Positions 1 to 9,571 of a stretch of 64,000 bases of DNA are shown here, piece after piece. The notes beneath the pieces are model-generated. The model saw nothing but the letters and a program-made list of their open reading frames with translations. It was not told the DNA's origin and made no database searches. The position numbers and the translations under genes were made by a program. Location: assembly GCA_045617905.1 (NCBI GenBank), contig JAZLJO010000020.1, forward strand, positions 12,818 through 76,817. Direction: 5' to 3'. This DNA comes from Candidatus Enterousia sp. (GTDB lineage: Bacteria > Pseudomonadota > Alphaproteobacteria > Rs-D84). Every line of letters begins with the position of its first letter. The stretch's first letter is position 1.

Positions 1-1349
1 CCTGCGATTGTTTCTTTGGCACCATGTGCCAAACCACGCATATTATCCAACGCTAAATCAAACCCTTCGCGTATAACACCCCCATCACGAAAAAATGTGG
101 GTAAACTGTCCGATAATGCCCGTTGCATTATCAAACCCAATTCATCATGCGTTTGTATTTTTTCAAATTTTGCCATCAAATCAGAATCCAATCGCATTCC
201 CAACATCTTTATTTGTGGCAATTTTCCAATAAAATCACCAACATTACGCATATCACGCGGTGTTCCACGTCCAGACAACAAACGACTTAATGCACGTCCG
301 ACATCAGGAACAGATGATAAATTATTACCAACCAAATCCATCACTGTTAGATTTGATAACAAATGATTTATATGTTCCTGACGGCGATGTATTTCAACAC
401 AATCACCAGATAATGATCGCAAATAAGAACGCAATCGTCGTGCCCCAGCCGCTGTTTTTGTATTATCCAAAACATCTATTAGGCAAACACCACCATCATT
501 AATTGGTGAATCTATTTCAAGACTGCGCCATGTGGCAGAATCTATCAATAACTGACGCCCTGATTTATACACATATGGGGCACGAAATGTAATCAACGCA
601 TCACGTTGTGTATTTGACAAATATCCCGCCAACATTGCAATTGCATTTTCTGTATCCACCGCAAAATCATCAGAATTGACCGCCCCCGCAAACACACGCG
701 CAATAATTTGTTCAATATCTGCACGCCGATACAATTTTTCATACACAGGTGTTGTTTTAAAAATATCACGCAAATGTAGTATCGTTTCATCTTCGGCACA
801 TGATTCGGGATAAATAACCTCAGCCGGGTTAATACGAACCAAATCATCTAATATATCTGCTGTTTTTCCGATAAAAAATTCACCCGTAGATATATCACAC
901 CCGGCAATATCAAATATTCCATCCGACATTTTTACAACCGAAACCAAAAAATTTGATTTTTTTGGGCTTAATAAATTTTCATCTGTTAACGTCCCGGGGG
1001 TCAAAACACGAATAACCCGTCGATCAATAAATTTATGTCCACGCTCTTTAGCCTGCGCAGGTGTTTCCATTTGTTCAACCAGCGCAACATTAAAACCGGA
1101 ACGCACCAAACGGCCAAAATAATTATCAGCCGCATGCCACGGGATACCGCACATCGGTATATTTTCACCATCAGCATCTGTTCCACGTTGCGTTAAAACC
1201 AGTCCCAAGGCAGAACTAATCGTTTTTGCATCTTCAAAAAAAGATTCATAAAAATCCCCCAAACGAAACATTAACAATGCATCAGGATTTTCAGCCTTCA
1301 TATCAACATATTGTTGCATAACTGGACTTAATTTGCTTTTATCCGCCAC
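1..1349 (-). CDS. mutS: DNA mismatch repair protein MutS, N-terminal ~449 aa (rest lies beyond left edge)
   Basis: Hand translation of minus strand from GTG at 1349 (AGGGGG 5 nt upstream) gives KSKLSPVMQQYVDMKAENPDALLMFRLGDFYESFFEDA...IPMCGIPWHAADNYFGRLVRSGFNVALVEQ, the MutS mismatch-binding domain. Frame spot-checked open at 599-542 and 59-2. Absent from the ORF track because there is no stop inside the window. Confidence 0.85.
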   Translation of the reverse strand, partial: MADKSKLSPVMQQYVDMKAENPDALLMFRLGDFYESFFEDAKTISSALGLVLTQRGTDADGENIPMCGIPWHAADNYFGRLVRSGFNVALVEQMETPAQAKERGHKFIDRRVIRVLTPGTLTDENLLSPKKSNFLVSVVKMSDGIFDIAGCDISTGEFFIGKTADILDDLVRINPAEVIYPESCAEDETILHLRDIFKTTPVYEKLYRRADIEQIIARVFAGAVNSDDFAVDTENAIAMLAGYLSNTQRDALITFRAPYVYKSGRQLLIDSATWRSLEIDSPINDGGVCLIDVLDNTKTAAGARRLRSYLRSLSGDCVEIHRRQEHINHLLSNLTVMDLVGNNLSSVPDVGRALSRLLSGRGTPRDMRNVGDFIGKLPQIKMLGMRLDSDLMAKFEKIQTHDELGLIMQRALSDSLPTFFRDGGVIREGFDLALDNMRGLAHGAKETIA

Positions 1350-1358
1350 AACAGCCCC

Positions 1359-1559
1359 CTATGCCGCAGTTGAAACCTTTAACGTTTCAATTTTTAACTC
1401 AGCCTCTTTCAATAATTGTTCGCAATATGCTTTTAATTTAATCCCCTGCTCGTATGCTGCGACAGAATCTGCCAACGGTAATTCACCAGATTCCATTTTT
1501 TTTACCAATTCCACTAACTGTTTATACGCATCTTCAAAAGATAATTTATTTTCTTCCAT
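1359..1559 (-). CDS. xseB: exodeoxyribonuclease VII small subunit
   Basis: 66 aa. SFEDAYKQLVELVKKMESGELPLADSVAAYEQGIKL matches the XseB helical hairpin pattern. Its stop overlaps the mutS SD. Confidence 0.85.
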   Translation of the reverse strand: MEENKLSFEDAYKQLVELVKKMESGELPLADSVAAYEQGIKLKAYCEQLLKEAELKIETLKVSTAA

Positions 1560-1628
1560 AATTTATTTCCCCCGATTTAGTTGATAAAACGATACAAAAT
1601 AAAAAACCGAAAGGCAAGCACACACAAA

Positions 1629-1658
1629 TAAAAAAATACGCCGGTCACCCGACGTATT
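1629..1658 (-). terminator. intrinsic terminator downstream of pal
   Basis: Minus sense AATACG-TCGGGTGACCGG-CGTATT followed by TTTTTTT. Confidence 0.55.
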
Positions 1659-1675
1659 CACCACAACTATAACAA

Positions 1676-2092
1676 TTATTTAACTGTTGTTGTTGCATTA
1701 CGATTCCATTTCCATACAGATTCACCAGAACCCTTAACCATTGGACGTTCTTTACCGTATGAAATTGTAGAAATACGATTTGCTTCTACACCGTCTTCAA
1801 CCATAACGGATTTAGCAGCGTTTGCACGACGTGCACCCAATGCCAAGTTGTATTCTGTGGAACCACGTTCGTCACAATTACCAGCGATTTGGATTTTTGT
1901 ATCGGCGTGATTTTTCATATACAATGCCTGTCCCAACAAATTATCGCGTGCTTCATCAGAAATTTCTGAAGAATTCAATGCGAAGAATACACGTTGTTCA
2001 TTCATATCTGCAGGTTCTACAATCGAAGAACCGCCACATGCTGCCATCAAACCGGCAACACCGGCCAACATAGCAAAGTTTTTTACTTTCAT
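1676..2092 (-). CDS. pal: peptidoglycan-associated lipoprotein Pal (OmpA-like domain)
   Basis: Start moved to ATG 2092 (AAGGGAG SD), giving MKVKNFAMLAGVAGLMAACGG, a lipobox signal. OmpA-like motif NCDERGSTEYNLALGARRANA is present. Confidence 0.85.
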   Translation of the reverse strand: MKVKNFAMLAGVAGLMAACGGSSIVEPADMNEQRVFFALNSSEISDEARDNLLGQALYMKNHADTKIQIAGNCDERGSTEYNLALGARRANAAKSVMVEDGVEANRISTISYGKERPMVKGSGESVWKWNRNATTTVK

Positions 2093-2169
2093 GAAAATAC
2101 TCCCTTGAGTTTCTGTTGCTCGTGCTGTAGTGTATAATAAAATTGAAAAAAAATCAAGGGGAAACACTA

Positions 2170-2973
2170 ATGTCACGCAAAGAATTACAGGATTTAATTC
2201 TGGCCGGAGTCAATTGGGAATTAACAGACATACCATCTGTTATACAACAAACAACATTACCTAATACAAGCAACAATACACAAACGCCTAAAATCGACAA
2301 TATCATTTCCCCAGAATTTACATTAACAACATCTGGGCGCACACCAACAGCAATCGTTCCACCGATTGCACCGATTGCACCAATATCAAACAGTACTGCC
2401 CAATCAATGGCGGCACGCCCAACTGATATACCAAGTTTATTGCGTATGATTGGACAATTTTCGCATCCATTACGGGCCGGTGCAACAAATACCGTTTTAC
2501 CACATGTTGGCACAAACCAATCAGGTTTATTAATAATCACAGACCTTCCCAGCACAGACGATGATGAAACGGGTAATATTTTGTCCGGAAATTGTGGGGA
2601 ATTATTAGACAAAATGATTGGGGCAATCGGCATAGATCGTTCAAATGTATCAATAACACCATTGGTATTTTGGCGTACCCCTGGGGGGCGCACACCAAGT
2701 CGCGAAGAACTGGATTTAACACGTCCATTTATTAACCGCATAATTGAATTATTGCATCCAACAATAATTTTAACCTTAGGGACATTGGCAGCAATGGAAA
2801 TTTGTAATTCTAATTTACCAAAAGATCACGGGGTTATCAAAGATATCGAAAATGGGATAAAATGCATTCCAATTTTTCACCCAAATTATTTAATGTTGAA
2901 ACCTAACGCCAAACGAGATGCATGGGTGGCACTGCAACAGGTACAAATTTTGTTGAAAAGTCCCGAAAAATAG
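2170..2973 (+). CDS. uracil-DNA glycosylase superfamily protein (family-4-like, diverged motif A, Pro/Thr-rich N-terminal extension)
   Basis: C-terminal 180 aa are collinear with family-4 UDG (..ETGNILSGNCGELLDKMIGAIGI..FHPNYLMLKP). ATG 2170 follows AAGGGGA. The track start 2143 is a TTG. Confidence 0.65.
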   Translation: MSRKELQDLILAGVNWELTDIPSVIQQTTLPNTSNNTQTPKIDNIISPEFTLTTSGRTPTAIVPPIAPIAPISNSTAQSMAARPTDIPSLLRMIGQFSHPLRAGATNTVLPHVGTNQSGLLIITDLPSTDDDETGNILSGNCGELLDKMIGAIGIDRSNVSITPLVFWRTPGGRTPSREELDLTRPFINRIIELLHPTIILTLGTLAAMEICNSNLPKDHGVIKDIENGIKCIPIFHPNYLMLKPNAKRDAWVALQQVQILLKSPEK

Positions 2974-3012
2974 TTAATAATTTTCACACAAGCACTAATA
3001 AAGGAGCCTACA

Positions 3013-3561
3013 ATTAAACCAACATTAAACCGCGATAATCGCCGTGATGCGGGTCCACGTATAAATAACCGCATTTTTGCAAAATCAGTTCAAGTTATCA
3101 GCAATTCTGGACAAAATCTGGGTATAATGCCAATTGCACAGGCGTTGTCATTGGCGGCGGATGAAGAATTAGATTTGGTTGAAATCAACGCTACGGCCAC
3201 ACCACCAATTGTAAAAATTATGGATTATGGCAAATTTAAATATGATCAAAAGAAACGTGCAAACGAGGCCAAGAAAAACCAAAAAACAACCGAACTTCGT
3301 GAAGTTTGGGTAAAGCCGTTTATAGAAGAAAACGATTTAAACATCAAAATGAAAAAGGTTTTCGAATTTCTAAACGATGGCAACAAAGTAAAAATATCTG
3401 TTATGACGAAGGGCAATCGGCGTGTATTGGCCAAAGGTCGTGATGCGGTTCCAGGATTATTCGCACACATTATGGAATTAATAGGGTCCCAAGGAACATT
3501 GGAATCAAAATCAAAACCAGATGAAAGAACAAAATCGATTATCGTTGCACCCGCAAGATGA
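3013..3561 (+). CDS. infC: translation initiation factor IF-3, ATT (AUU) start
   Basis: The ORF track begins at an internal Met (3127). The frame is open upstream to ATT 3013, placed 6 nt after AAGGAG (3001-3006). The extended N-terminus KPTLNRDNRRDAGPRINNRIFAKSVQVISNSGQNLGIM matches the IF-3 N-domain. Confidence 0.85.
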   Translation: MKPTLNRDNRRDAGPRINNRIFAKSVQVISNSGQNLGIMPIAQALSLAADEELDLVEINATATPPIVKIMDYGKFKYDQKKRANEAKKNQKTTELREVWVKPFIEENDLNIKMKKVFEFLNDGNKVKISVMTKGNRRVLAKGRDAVPGLFAHIMELIGSQGTLESKSKPDERTKSIIVAPAR

Positions 3562-3565
3562 CAAA

Positions 3566-3589
3566 ATGCCCCATCGGGGCATTTTTTTG
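3566..3589 (+). terminator. intrinsic terminator after infC
   Basis: ATGCCCC-ATC-GGGGCAT followed by TTTTTTT. Confidence 0.6.
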
Positions 3590-3694
3590 AACCTTATTCC
3601 CCAAGAATTCGTTATTATAAAACATAAAAAGGGAAGGTTTTATGAATAAATTGATAATCAAATTAAAAAACGCCCCATTGGAGCGCTATCTATG

Positions 3695-3768
3695 TGGAGG
3701 CCCGGGTCGGAATCGAACCGGCATCCAAGGATTTGCAGTCCTCTGCATAACCACTCTGCCACCGAGCC
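3695..3768 (-). tRNA. tRNA-Cys (GCA)
   Basis: Reverse complement GGCTCGGTGGCAGAGTGGTTATGCAGAGGACTGCAAATCCTTGGATGCCGGTTCGATTCCGACCCGGGCCTCCA. It has a 7-bp acceptor stem (one U.G), anticodon loop CTGCAAA, GGTTCGATTCC T-arm and an encoded CCA. Confidence 0.9.
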
Positions 3769-3831
3769 ACATCTCTGCAGGACACATACTACGCAAAAAT
3801 ATTTTACAATTCAACAGAAAAATTATATAAT

Positions 3832-5187
3832 ATGAAAAAAACTTTGAAACATACAAATACGAGAGAGTTTGTAATGAAATTATTTCCATTATTGGCATGT
3901 CTGATACCATTTGTTGCAAACGGGGCAGATACAAATTGTGCCACCAGAAACAATGTCCCCAGTGGCAAACTGGCACTGCCTGAAATTATTGAATTGGGGC
4001 TTTGCCGTAATCCACAAACAACATCTGCATATTTGGCATCAGAATCCGCACGTTTCGCAAAAAATGCAGGATATGCAAATTATTTACCATCAGTTAATCT
4101 ATCCGCATCTGCATCTATTCCATATAATGATGGCAATCGTGGTGACACATCATATGGTGCCAGTATATCCGCATCATATTTGATTTTTGATTTTGGTAAA
4201 CGTTTGGCAGATTTAAATACATTAACAGAAACATGGCGGGCAAGTGGATTTGAATACGATGAAACCGTTCAAAATTATATTTATGGATTGATTGGTGCGT
4301 ATTACAATTTGTTGAATACAAATGCTGATGTTACCAGTGCCCAATCATTATTGACAGTTGCCAAAACAGCCAAAGACACCGCTGATAAAAAATTCAGGGC
4401 CGGTGTTGTTGCAAAATCTGATGTATTAAAAGCGGCAACTACATTGGCCAGTCGTGAACTAGATTTAGAACGTGCAAAAAACAACCGTGAAATTGCCAAA
4501 GGAACATTGTTGGCTAAGTTATCATTTTCCGCAGACCAAGATATCGATATCGCTGATATGCCTGCAGAATTCGGAACAACAGCAGAAATAAAAAATATTG
4601 ATAAATTAATTGAAATCGCACAAAAAAAACGCCCTGATTTATTACGTGCCACAGCAAATAAAAACGCAGCATGGCATCGACGTAATGCATCATTTTTAAA
4701 AAATTTACCCAGCATTTCTGCATCTGCAACCATAAATTGGAACGATACTGAAATCGATAACATTGGCGGTGATAAATATAACGCTAATATTTCAATTCGT
4801 GCTTCAATGCCAATATTTGCAGGATTTGCAAATATGTACGGCACACGACAGGCCCAGGCAAATTATAACCGTGCAACAGAACAAGAACGAGCAACCCAAG
4901 ATTCAGCAATTTTAGATATATTTACTGCATATCAAAATTACAAAACTGCACAAACCGTATTAACACAAACCAATACGTTATTGGCATCTGCCACAGAAAG
5001 TGAACGTGTTACCGCTGGTATGTATAAAGTTGGCAAAGCAACAATGTTGGATTGGCAAACCGCACAATCAGAATTGGTTTCTGCCCAAAAACAAAACAAT
5101 GCAGCAAAATACGATTTATTTACAAAACGTGCCGCCGTTGCGTTGGCTGTTGGTGAAATTCGAGTAGATATGGAAAAGGGAGAATAA
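3832..5187 (+). CDS. tolC: TolC-family outer membrane efflux protein
   Basis: 451 aa with a signal peptide (alternative start 3874, MKLFPLLACLIPFVANGA). It has two OEP-type repeats and sits directly upstream of macA/macB. Confidence 0.8.
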   Translation: MKKTLKHTNTREFVMKLFPLLACLIPFVANGADTNCATRNNVPSGKLALPEIIELGLCRNPQTTSAYLASESARFAKNAGYANYLPSVNLSASASIPYNDGNRGDTSYGASISASYLIFDFGKRLADLNTLTETWRASGFEYDETVQNYIYGLIGAYYNLLNTNADVTSAQSLLTVAKTAKDTADKKFRAGVVAKSDVLKAATTLASRELDLERAKNNREIAKGTLLAKLSFSADQDIDIADMPAEFGTTAEIKNIDKLIEIAQKKRPDLLRATANKNAAWHRRNASFLKNLPSISASATINWNDTEIDNIGGDKYNANISIRASMPIFAGFANMYGTRQAQANYNRATEQERATQDSAILDIFTAYQNYKTAQTVLTQTNTLLASATESERVTAGMYKVGKATMLDWQTAQSELVSAQKQNNAAKYDLFTKRAAVALAVGEIRVDMEKGE

Positions 5188-5191
5188 TATA

Positions 5192-6400
5192 ATGAAACAA
5201 AACAACGTATCACAAAAAACATCACGCTTTACACGAATATTCAAATGGTTTTGGCATCGCAAATTGTGGGTTATTGGCAGTATCGTTACAATATTTGTTA
5301 GTTTATTCTTATTTGGTGGAAAAACAAATACACCCAAAAGTGAATTCTCGACAATTACAATTGTACGTGGTGATTTACGTCAAGCAGTAACAGCAACAGG
5401 TGAAATTCAACCGGTCAACACCGTTAGTGTCGGTTCACAGGTATCGGGAACAATTGAAGAAATCTTTGTTGATTATAACTCTAAGGTCAAAAAGGGCCAA
5501 GTTTTATTAAAAATTGAACCATCTGTATTACAGGCATCTGTGGCCGAAGCCAAGGCCGCATTAGTCAGTGCCGAATCACAACGCAACTATGCAAAAAATG
5601 AATATAAACGTAATAAAACCCTGTATGCAGATGGCTTTATTGCCCGTGCTGAAATGGAACAATCGCAAACAGCATACGAACAGGCCGAGCAATCTGTTAA
5701 TCGTATGAAATCTCAATATGATCGCGCCGTTACTAATTTAGGATATGCAACAATTACATCCCCGGTTGATGGTACCGTAATTTCACGCAAAGTAGACAAA
5801 GGTCAAACCGTTGCAGCATCTTTCCAAACCCCAGACTTATTTGAAATCGCTGAAGATTTATCAAAAATGCAAATAGAAACATCCGTTTCTGAGGCAGATA
5901 TCGGCGTTATCAAAGAAGGTCAAGATGTTAAATTTACCGTTGATGCATACCCTAATCAAGAATTTAAAGGAACGGTTCGCCAAATTCGTTTATCACCAAC
6001 AACCACATCAAATGTTGTTGTTTATACCGTCGTTATCGATGTAGATAATTCTGATTTGCGTTTAATGCCGGGTATGACAGCATTTGTTACGATCATTGTT
6101 TCTGAAAAATTTAATATATTTAAAATACGCAACGCAGGATTATTATTACGCAGTTTTGATGGGATTATTCCTAATCCGGGTGACGCCACCACCAGTAAAT
6201 TCTTAGCCGTTTTACGCGACAACAAACCTGTATTGATTCCATTTACAAAAGGGTTAGTTACAGCAACCGAAACCGAAATTATTTCGGATGACATCCACGA
6301 TGGTGATAAGGTAATTGTTGGAAAAATTGGGCAAACAACAAATACAACTTCACAAACAATGAAACGCGGTATGCGCGGCGGTGCGGGACGCCCAATGTAA
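5192..6400 (+). CDS. macA: HlyD/MacA-family periplasmic adaptor (membrane fusion protein)
   Basis: N-terminal TM segment, a coiled-coil hairpin (AEAKAALVSAESQRNYAKNEYKR...) and beta-barrel motifs (ITSPVDGTVISRKV). GGGAG SD. Confidence 0.8.
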   Translation: MKQNNVSQKTSRFTRIFKWFWHRKLWVIGSIVTIFVSLFLFGGKTNTPKSEFSTITIVRGDLRQAVTATGEIQPVNTVSVGSQVSGTIEEIFVDYNSKVKKGQVLLKIEPSVLQASVAEAKAALVSAESQRNYAKNEYKRNKTLYADGFIARAEMEQSQTAYEQAEQSVNRMKSQYDRAVTNLGYATITSPVDGTVISRKVDKGQTVAASFQTPDLFEIAEDLSKMQIETSVSEADIGVIKEGQDVKFTVDAYPNQEFKGTVRQIRLSPTTTSNVVVYTVVIDVDNSDLRLMPGMTAFVTIIVSEKFNIFKIRNAGLLLRSFDGIIPNPGDATTSKFLAVLRDNKPVLIPFTKGLVTATETEIISDDIHDGDKVIVGKIGQTTNTTSQTMKRGMRGGAGRPM

Positions 6401-6405
6401 ATAGA

Positions 6406-6429
6406 ACGCACCAAAATGGTGCGTTTTTT
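6406..6429 (+). terminator. terminator-like hairpin between macA and macB
   Basis: ACGCACC-AAAAT-GGTGCGT followed by TTTTT. It lies inside an apparent operon. Confidence 0.4.
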
Positions 6430-6446
6430 ATCCGAAGGATAATATA

Positions 6447-7172
6447 ATGAAAAAAAATAAAACAGACACAATTATATCTATGCAAAAAATCTGCAAAAGT
6501 TTTCCTTTAGAAATGGGTGGGGAACAGCAGGTATTGTTCGACATTAATTTTGACGTACACGTTGGTGAATTTGTTGCAATCATGGGGCCATCTGGTTCCG
6601 GGAAATCGACCTGTATGAATATAATCGGCGCATTAGACACGCCATCATCTGGCACATATGAATTATATGGTCGTGATATAACAAATATGAGCGCTGATGA
6701 ATTGGCAACCATCCGTAATGAATTTATCGGTTTTGTATTTCAGCAATTTAATTTGTTGGCAAAACGCAGTGTTTTAGACAACGTCATGTTACCATTGATG
6801 TACCGAGGCATGCCAATGTCAGAACGTATACGCCGTGCACGAGAAATGTTGTCACGTGTTGGCTTGGAACGTTTTGAAACATATTTACCAACACAATTAT
6901 CAGGTGGAATGAAACAACGCGTTGCAATTGCACGCGCGTTGGCAGGCGACCCAAAATTAATTTTAGCCGATGAACCAACCGGCGCATTAGACAGTAAAAT
7001 GGGACATGAAATTCTGACGTTTTTTAAACAATTAAACAAAGATTTAGGAATAACAATTGTTATGATTACCCATGAATTTGATATTGCCAAGTATGCCAAT
7101 CGCTTAATACACATACGTGATGGACATATCAATTATGATGGTCCGATTCCAAAAGATGAACGAAATTTATAA
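6447..7172 (+). CDS. macB: MacB/LolD-type ABC transporter ATP-binding protein
   Basis: Walker A GPSGSGKST, signature LSGGMKQRVAIARA, Walker B LILADEPTGALD. Confidence 0.85.
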   Translation: MKKNKTDTIISMQKICKSFPLEMGGEQQVLFDINFDVHVGEFVAIMGPSGSGKSTCMNIIGALDTPSSGTYELYGRDITNMSADELATIRNEFIGFVFQQFNLLAKRSVLDNVMLPLMYRGMPMSERIRRAREMLSRVGLERFETYLPTQLSGGMKQRVAIARALAGDPKLILADEPTGALDSKMGHEILTFFKQLNKDLGITIVMITHEFDIAKYANRLIHIRDGHINYDGPIPKDERNL

Positions 7173-7186
7173 CAACGGGGGATATA

Positions 7187-8404
7187 ATGACATTTAATGA
7201 CATATTAAAAGAATCATGGTTATCGGTTAGTGGTAATAAAATGCGTTCATTTTTGACCGTATTAGGCATTGTTATCGGCGTTATGGCCGTTGTTATTATG
7301 GTGGCGGTTGGTGAAACAGTTCAAAAACAAATAACGGATCAGTTTTCATCATTAGGAACAGGGACCGTTATAATTCGTGCGGGGGCCGCACAAAGTGCAG
7401 GTGTGCGTTCTGGCAATCGTATGACCCTAACAATTGATGATGCAGAGTATATTGCGAAATTACCTGATGTTGCTGCCGTAAGTCCTGTTCAAATGAGTGG
7501 TGCCCAAGTAATTTATGGCAACAAAAACTGGTCTACATCAATGGTTGGCGTATACCCTGGATACACAGATGTCCAAAACATTGAAATGGATAAAGGAACC
7601 TTTTTTGATCAGATTGCTGTTCGTAACGCATCAACACATGCAATTATCGGTCCAAACATCGCAAAAGAATTGGAATTACCCGCTGATCCAATTGGTCAAA
7701 TCGTCCGTATACAAAATACCCCCTTTACAATCATAGGCATCACAAAGGCCAAAGGGGAATCGGCCATGGGCAGCCAAGATGATTTGATATTTATACCAAT
7801 TACAACATTGAAAAAACGTCTGCAAGGCAGCCGTTTTCCAAATTCGGTCAGCATGGTAACACTAAAATTATATGCAGATGCAGATAATACCATTGTTATA
7901 AATCAAATAAGCACCATTTTACGCAATCGTCATAAATTAAAAGATTCTGACCCCGATGATTTTCAAATTCAAGATATGAAACAAATAATGGATACGATGA
8001 ATACAGTAACGGGATATTTAAAATTATTGTTAATTGCGATTGCGGCTGTATCTTTATTGGTCGGTGCCATTGGCATCATGAACATGATGTTAGTATCTGT
8101 TGCAGAACGCACACGTGAAATTGGTGTTCGCAAAGCAATTGGGGCACGCGAAAGTCAAATTATTATCCAGTTTTTATCAGAATCCATTTTGATTTCATTT
8201 ATTGGTTCCATGGCCGGGTTAATTTTCGGCATAGGTCTGTCCCAGGGTGTTGGCCGGTTATGGATGGGCTATAATGTTCCATTTTCTGTATGGCCCGTTA
8301 TATTATCCGTATCTGTTGCAGTAATTGTTGGTTTGGCATCTGGTGTTATGCCGGCATTAAAGGCGGCAAAACTAAATCCAATTGACAGCCTACGTTATGA
8401 ATAA
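7187..8404 (+). CDS. MacB-type ABC transporter permease (MacB periplasmic domain plus FtsX-like domain)
   Basis: 405 aa. N-terminal TM, a large periplasmic domain and three C-terminal TM segments ending ..AAKLNPIDSLRYE, typical of the FtsX/MacB family. Confidence 0.85.
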   Translation: MTFNDILKESWLSVSGNKMRSFLTVLGIVIGVMAVVIMVAVGETVQKQITDQFSSLGTGTVIIRAGAAQSAGVRSGNRMTLTIDDAEYIAKLPDVAAVSPVQMSGAQVIYGNKNWSTSMVGVYPGYTDVQNIEMDKGTFFDQIAVRNASTHAIIGPNIAKELELPADPIGQIVRIQNTPFTIIGITKAKGESAMGSQDDLIFIPITTLKKRLQGSRFPNSVSMVTLKLYADADNTIVINQISTILRNRHKLKDSDPDDFQIQDMKQIMDTMNTVTGYLKLLLIAIAAVSLLVGAIGIMNMMLVSVAERTREIGVRKAIGARESQIIIQFLSESILISFIGSMAGLIFGIGLSQGVGRLWMGYNVPFSVWPVILSVSVAVIVGLASGVMPALKAAKLNPIDSLRYE

Positions 8405-8410
8405 TATACA

Positions 8411-8432
8411 CGCCCCAACACGGGGCGTTTTT
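8411..8432 (+). terminator. intrinsic terminator after the macB permease
   Basis: CGCCCC-AACAC-GGGGCG followed by TTTTT. Confidence 0.65.
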
Positions 8433-8482
8433 ATTATGCATATACTTGTATATTAGATAAAACTGTTGTAGTATGCCATGAA

Positions 8483-9568
8483 ATGATTGAAAATATAACA
8501 TTAACAGATTTTCGCAACCATACATCATCCAGAATTAAAACTGGGGGACATCACAATATTATAATCACAGGCCCAAACGGTGCTGGTAAAACTGCAATAT
8601 TAGAAGCGGTATCAATATTGTCTGGCGATCGTGGTATGCGTGGTGCACCTATGGGGGAAATGTCTAGATTTGGGGTCAACAATGGATTTTCCATATTCGC
8701 AGAATTATCCGACGAAACACAAATATCTGTGTATTTCAATCCTGGGGACACAAACCGCCGTGCAAAAATTGATGGCGACAACGCAACATTATCTAATTTG
8801 GCAAATACATTGCGCATGGTTTGGATAACCCCACGTGAAGACAGAATCTTTGTTGACGGTGCATCTGAACGCCGAACATTTTTTGACCGTTTGGTATCCA
8901 GTTTTGATGCAAACCACCCAGGTCGGGTTGCCAAATTATCAAAATTATTATCCGAACGTGCATTTGCATTAAAAAACGGCCGTGATTCCCACTGGATTGA
9001 TGCATTAGATATGCAAATTTCTGGGGTTGCAATTACTATTGCCGATGCCCGGATAAAATATGCGGGTGAATTAAATTATTTCTTGACCGATTGTGCAATA
9101 TCTGTATCCGGGATAATTGAAACAATGTTATTAGAAGGTATTACAGCAGCCACAGCAGAACGCGAATATTTAAAATATTTAAATGAAAATCGTGAACTGA
9201 TTGGCGACAAAATGGTATTAGACGGCCCACACAAATCTGATTTTGGGGTTTTTAATCGTACATTAAATTTACCTGTGAATTTAACCAGTACCGGACAACA
9301 AAAAACCGTTTTATTAAATATAATTTTGGCCCACGCAAAATTAATTCATACAAAAACATCCAAACAACCAATAATTTTATTAGATGAAGCGGCCGCCCAT
9401 TTGGATGCCGCCGCACGTGCCAAATTATTTAATGAATTAGGGACCACAAATGCCCAAGTTTGGGCAACGGGTCTGGATCCAAATGTATTCAAAGACGTTC
9501 CAGACGCCACATTTGTTACTTGCACAAATGGGGCTATAAATAATATACTGTTATCGGAGATAAAATAA
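8483..9568 (+). CDS. recF: DNA replication and repair protein RecF
   Basis: IENITLTDFRNH..ITGPNGAGKTAILEA at the N-terminus, and SMC-like signature/Walker B (SxGQQK..LLDE) in the C-terminal part. Confidence 0.9.
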   Translation: MIENITLTDFRNHTSSRIKTGGHHNIIITGPNGAGKTAILEAVSILSGDRGMRGAPMGEMSRFGVNNGFSIFAELSDETQISVYFNPGDTNRRAKIDGDNATLSNLANTLRMVWITPREDRIFVDGASERRTFFDRLVSSFDANHPGRVAKLSKLLSERAFALKNGRDSHWIDALDMQISGVAITIADARIKYAGELNYFLTDCAISVSGIIETMLLEGITAATAEREYLKYLNENRELIGDKMVLDGPHKSDFGVFNRTLNLPVNLTSTGQQKTVLLNIILAHAKLIHTKTSKQPIILLDEAAAHLDAAARAKLFNELGTTNAQVWATGLDPNVFKDVPDATFVTCTNGAINNILLSEIK

Positions 9569-9571
9569 AAC

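Noticed and set aside
16-1186. Track ORFs 16-366(+), 260-502(+), 593-847(-) and 1001-1186(-).
   Set aside because: All lie inside, and out of frame with or antisense to, the uninterrupted mutS reading frame. Their sequences are low-complexity with no recognisable motifs.
2154-2741. 195-aa antisense ORF and other long antisense or alternate-frame ORFs (for example 4302-4844, 6022-6471, 6740-7132, 8551-8934, 14265-14765, 16842-17153, 19878-20372, 25767-26150, 29095-29532, 39565-39945, 41572-41907, 59196-59537, 61161-61619, 62029-62421).
   Set aside because: Each overlaps a gene with clear family motifs on the other strand or frame. None has an SD-like sequence or recognisable domain. They are typical shadow ORFs.
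3642-3976. ORFs 3642-3830(+) and 3686-3976(-).
   Set aside because: They overlap the well-formed tRNA-Cys gene and the tolC start region. They are read-through artefacts.
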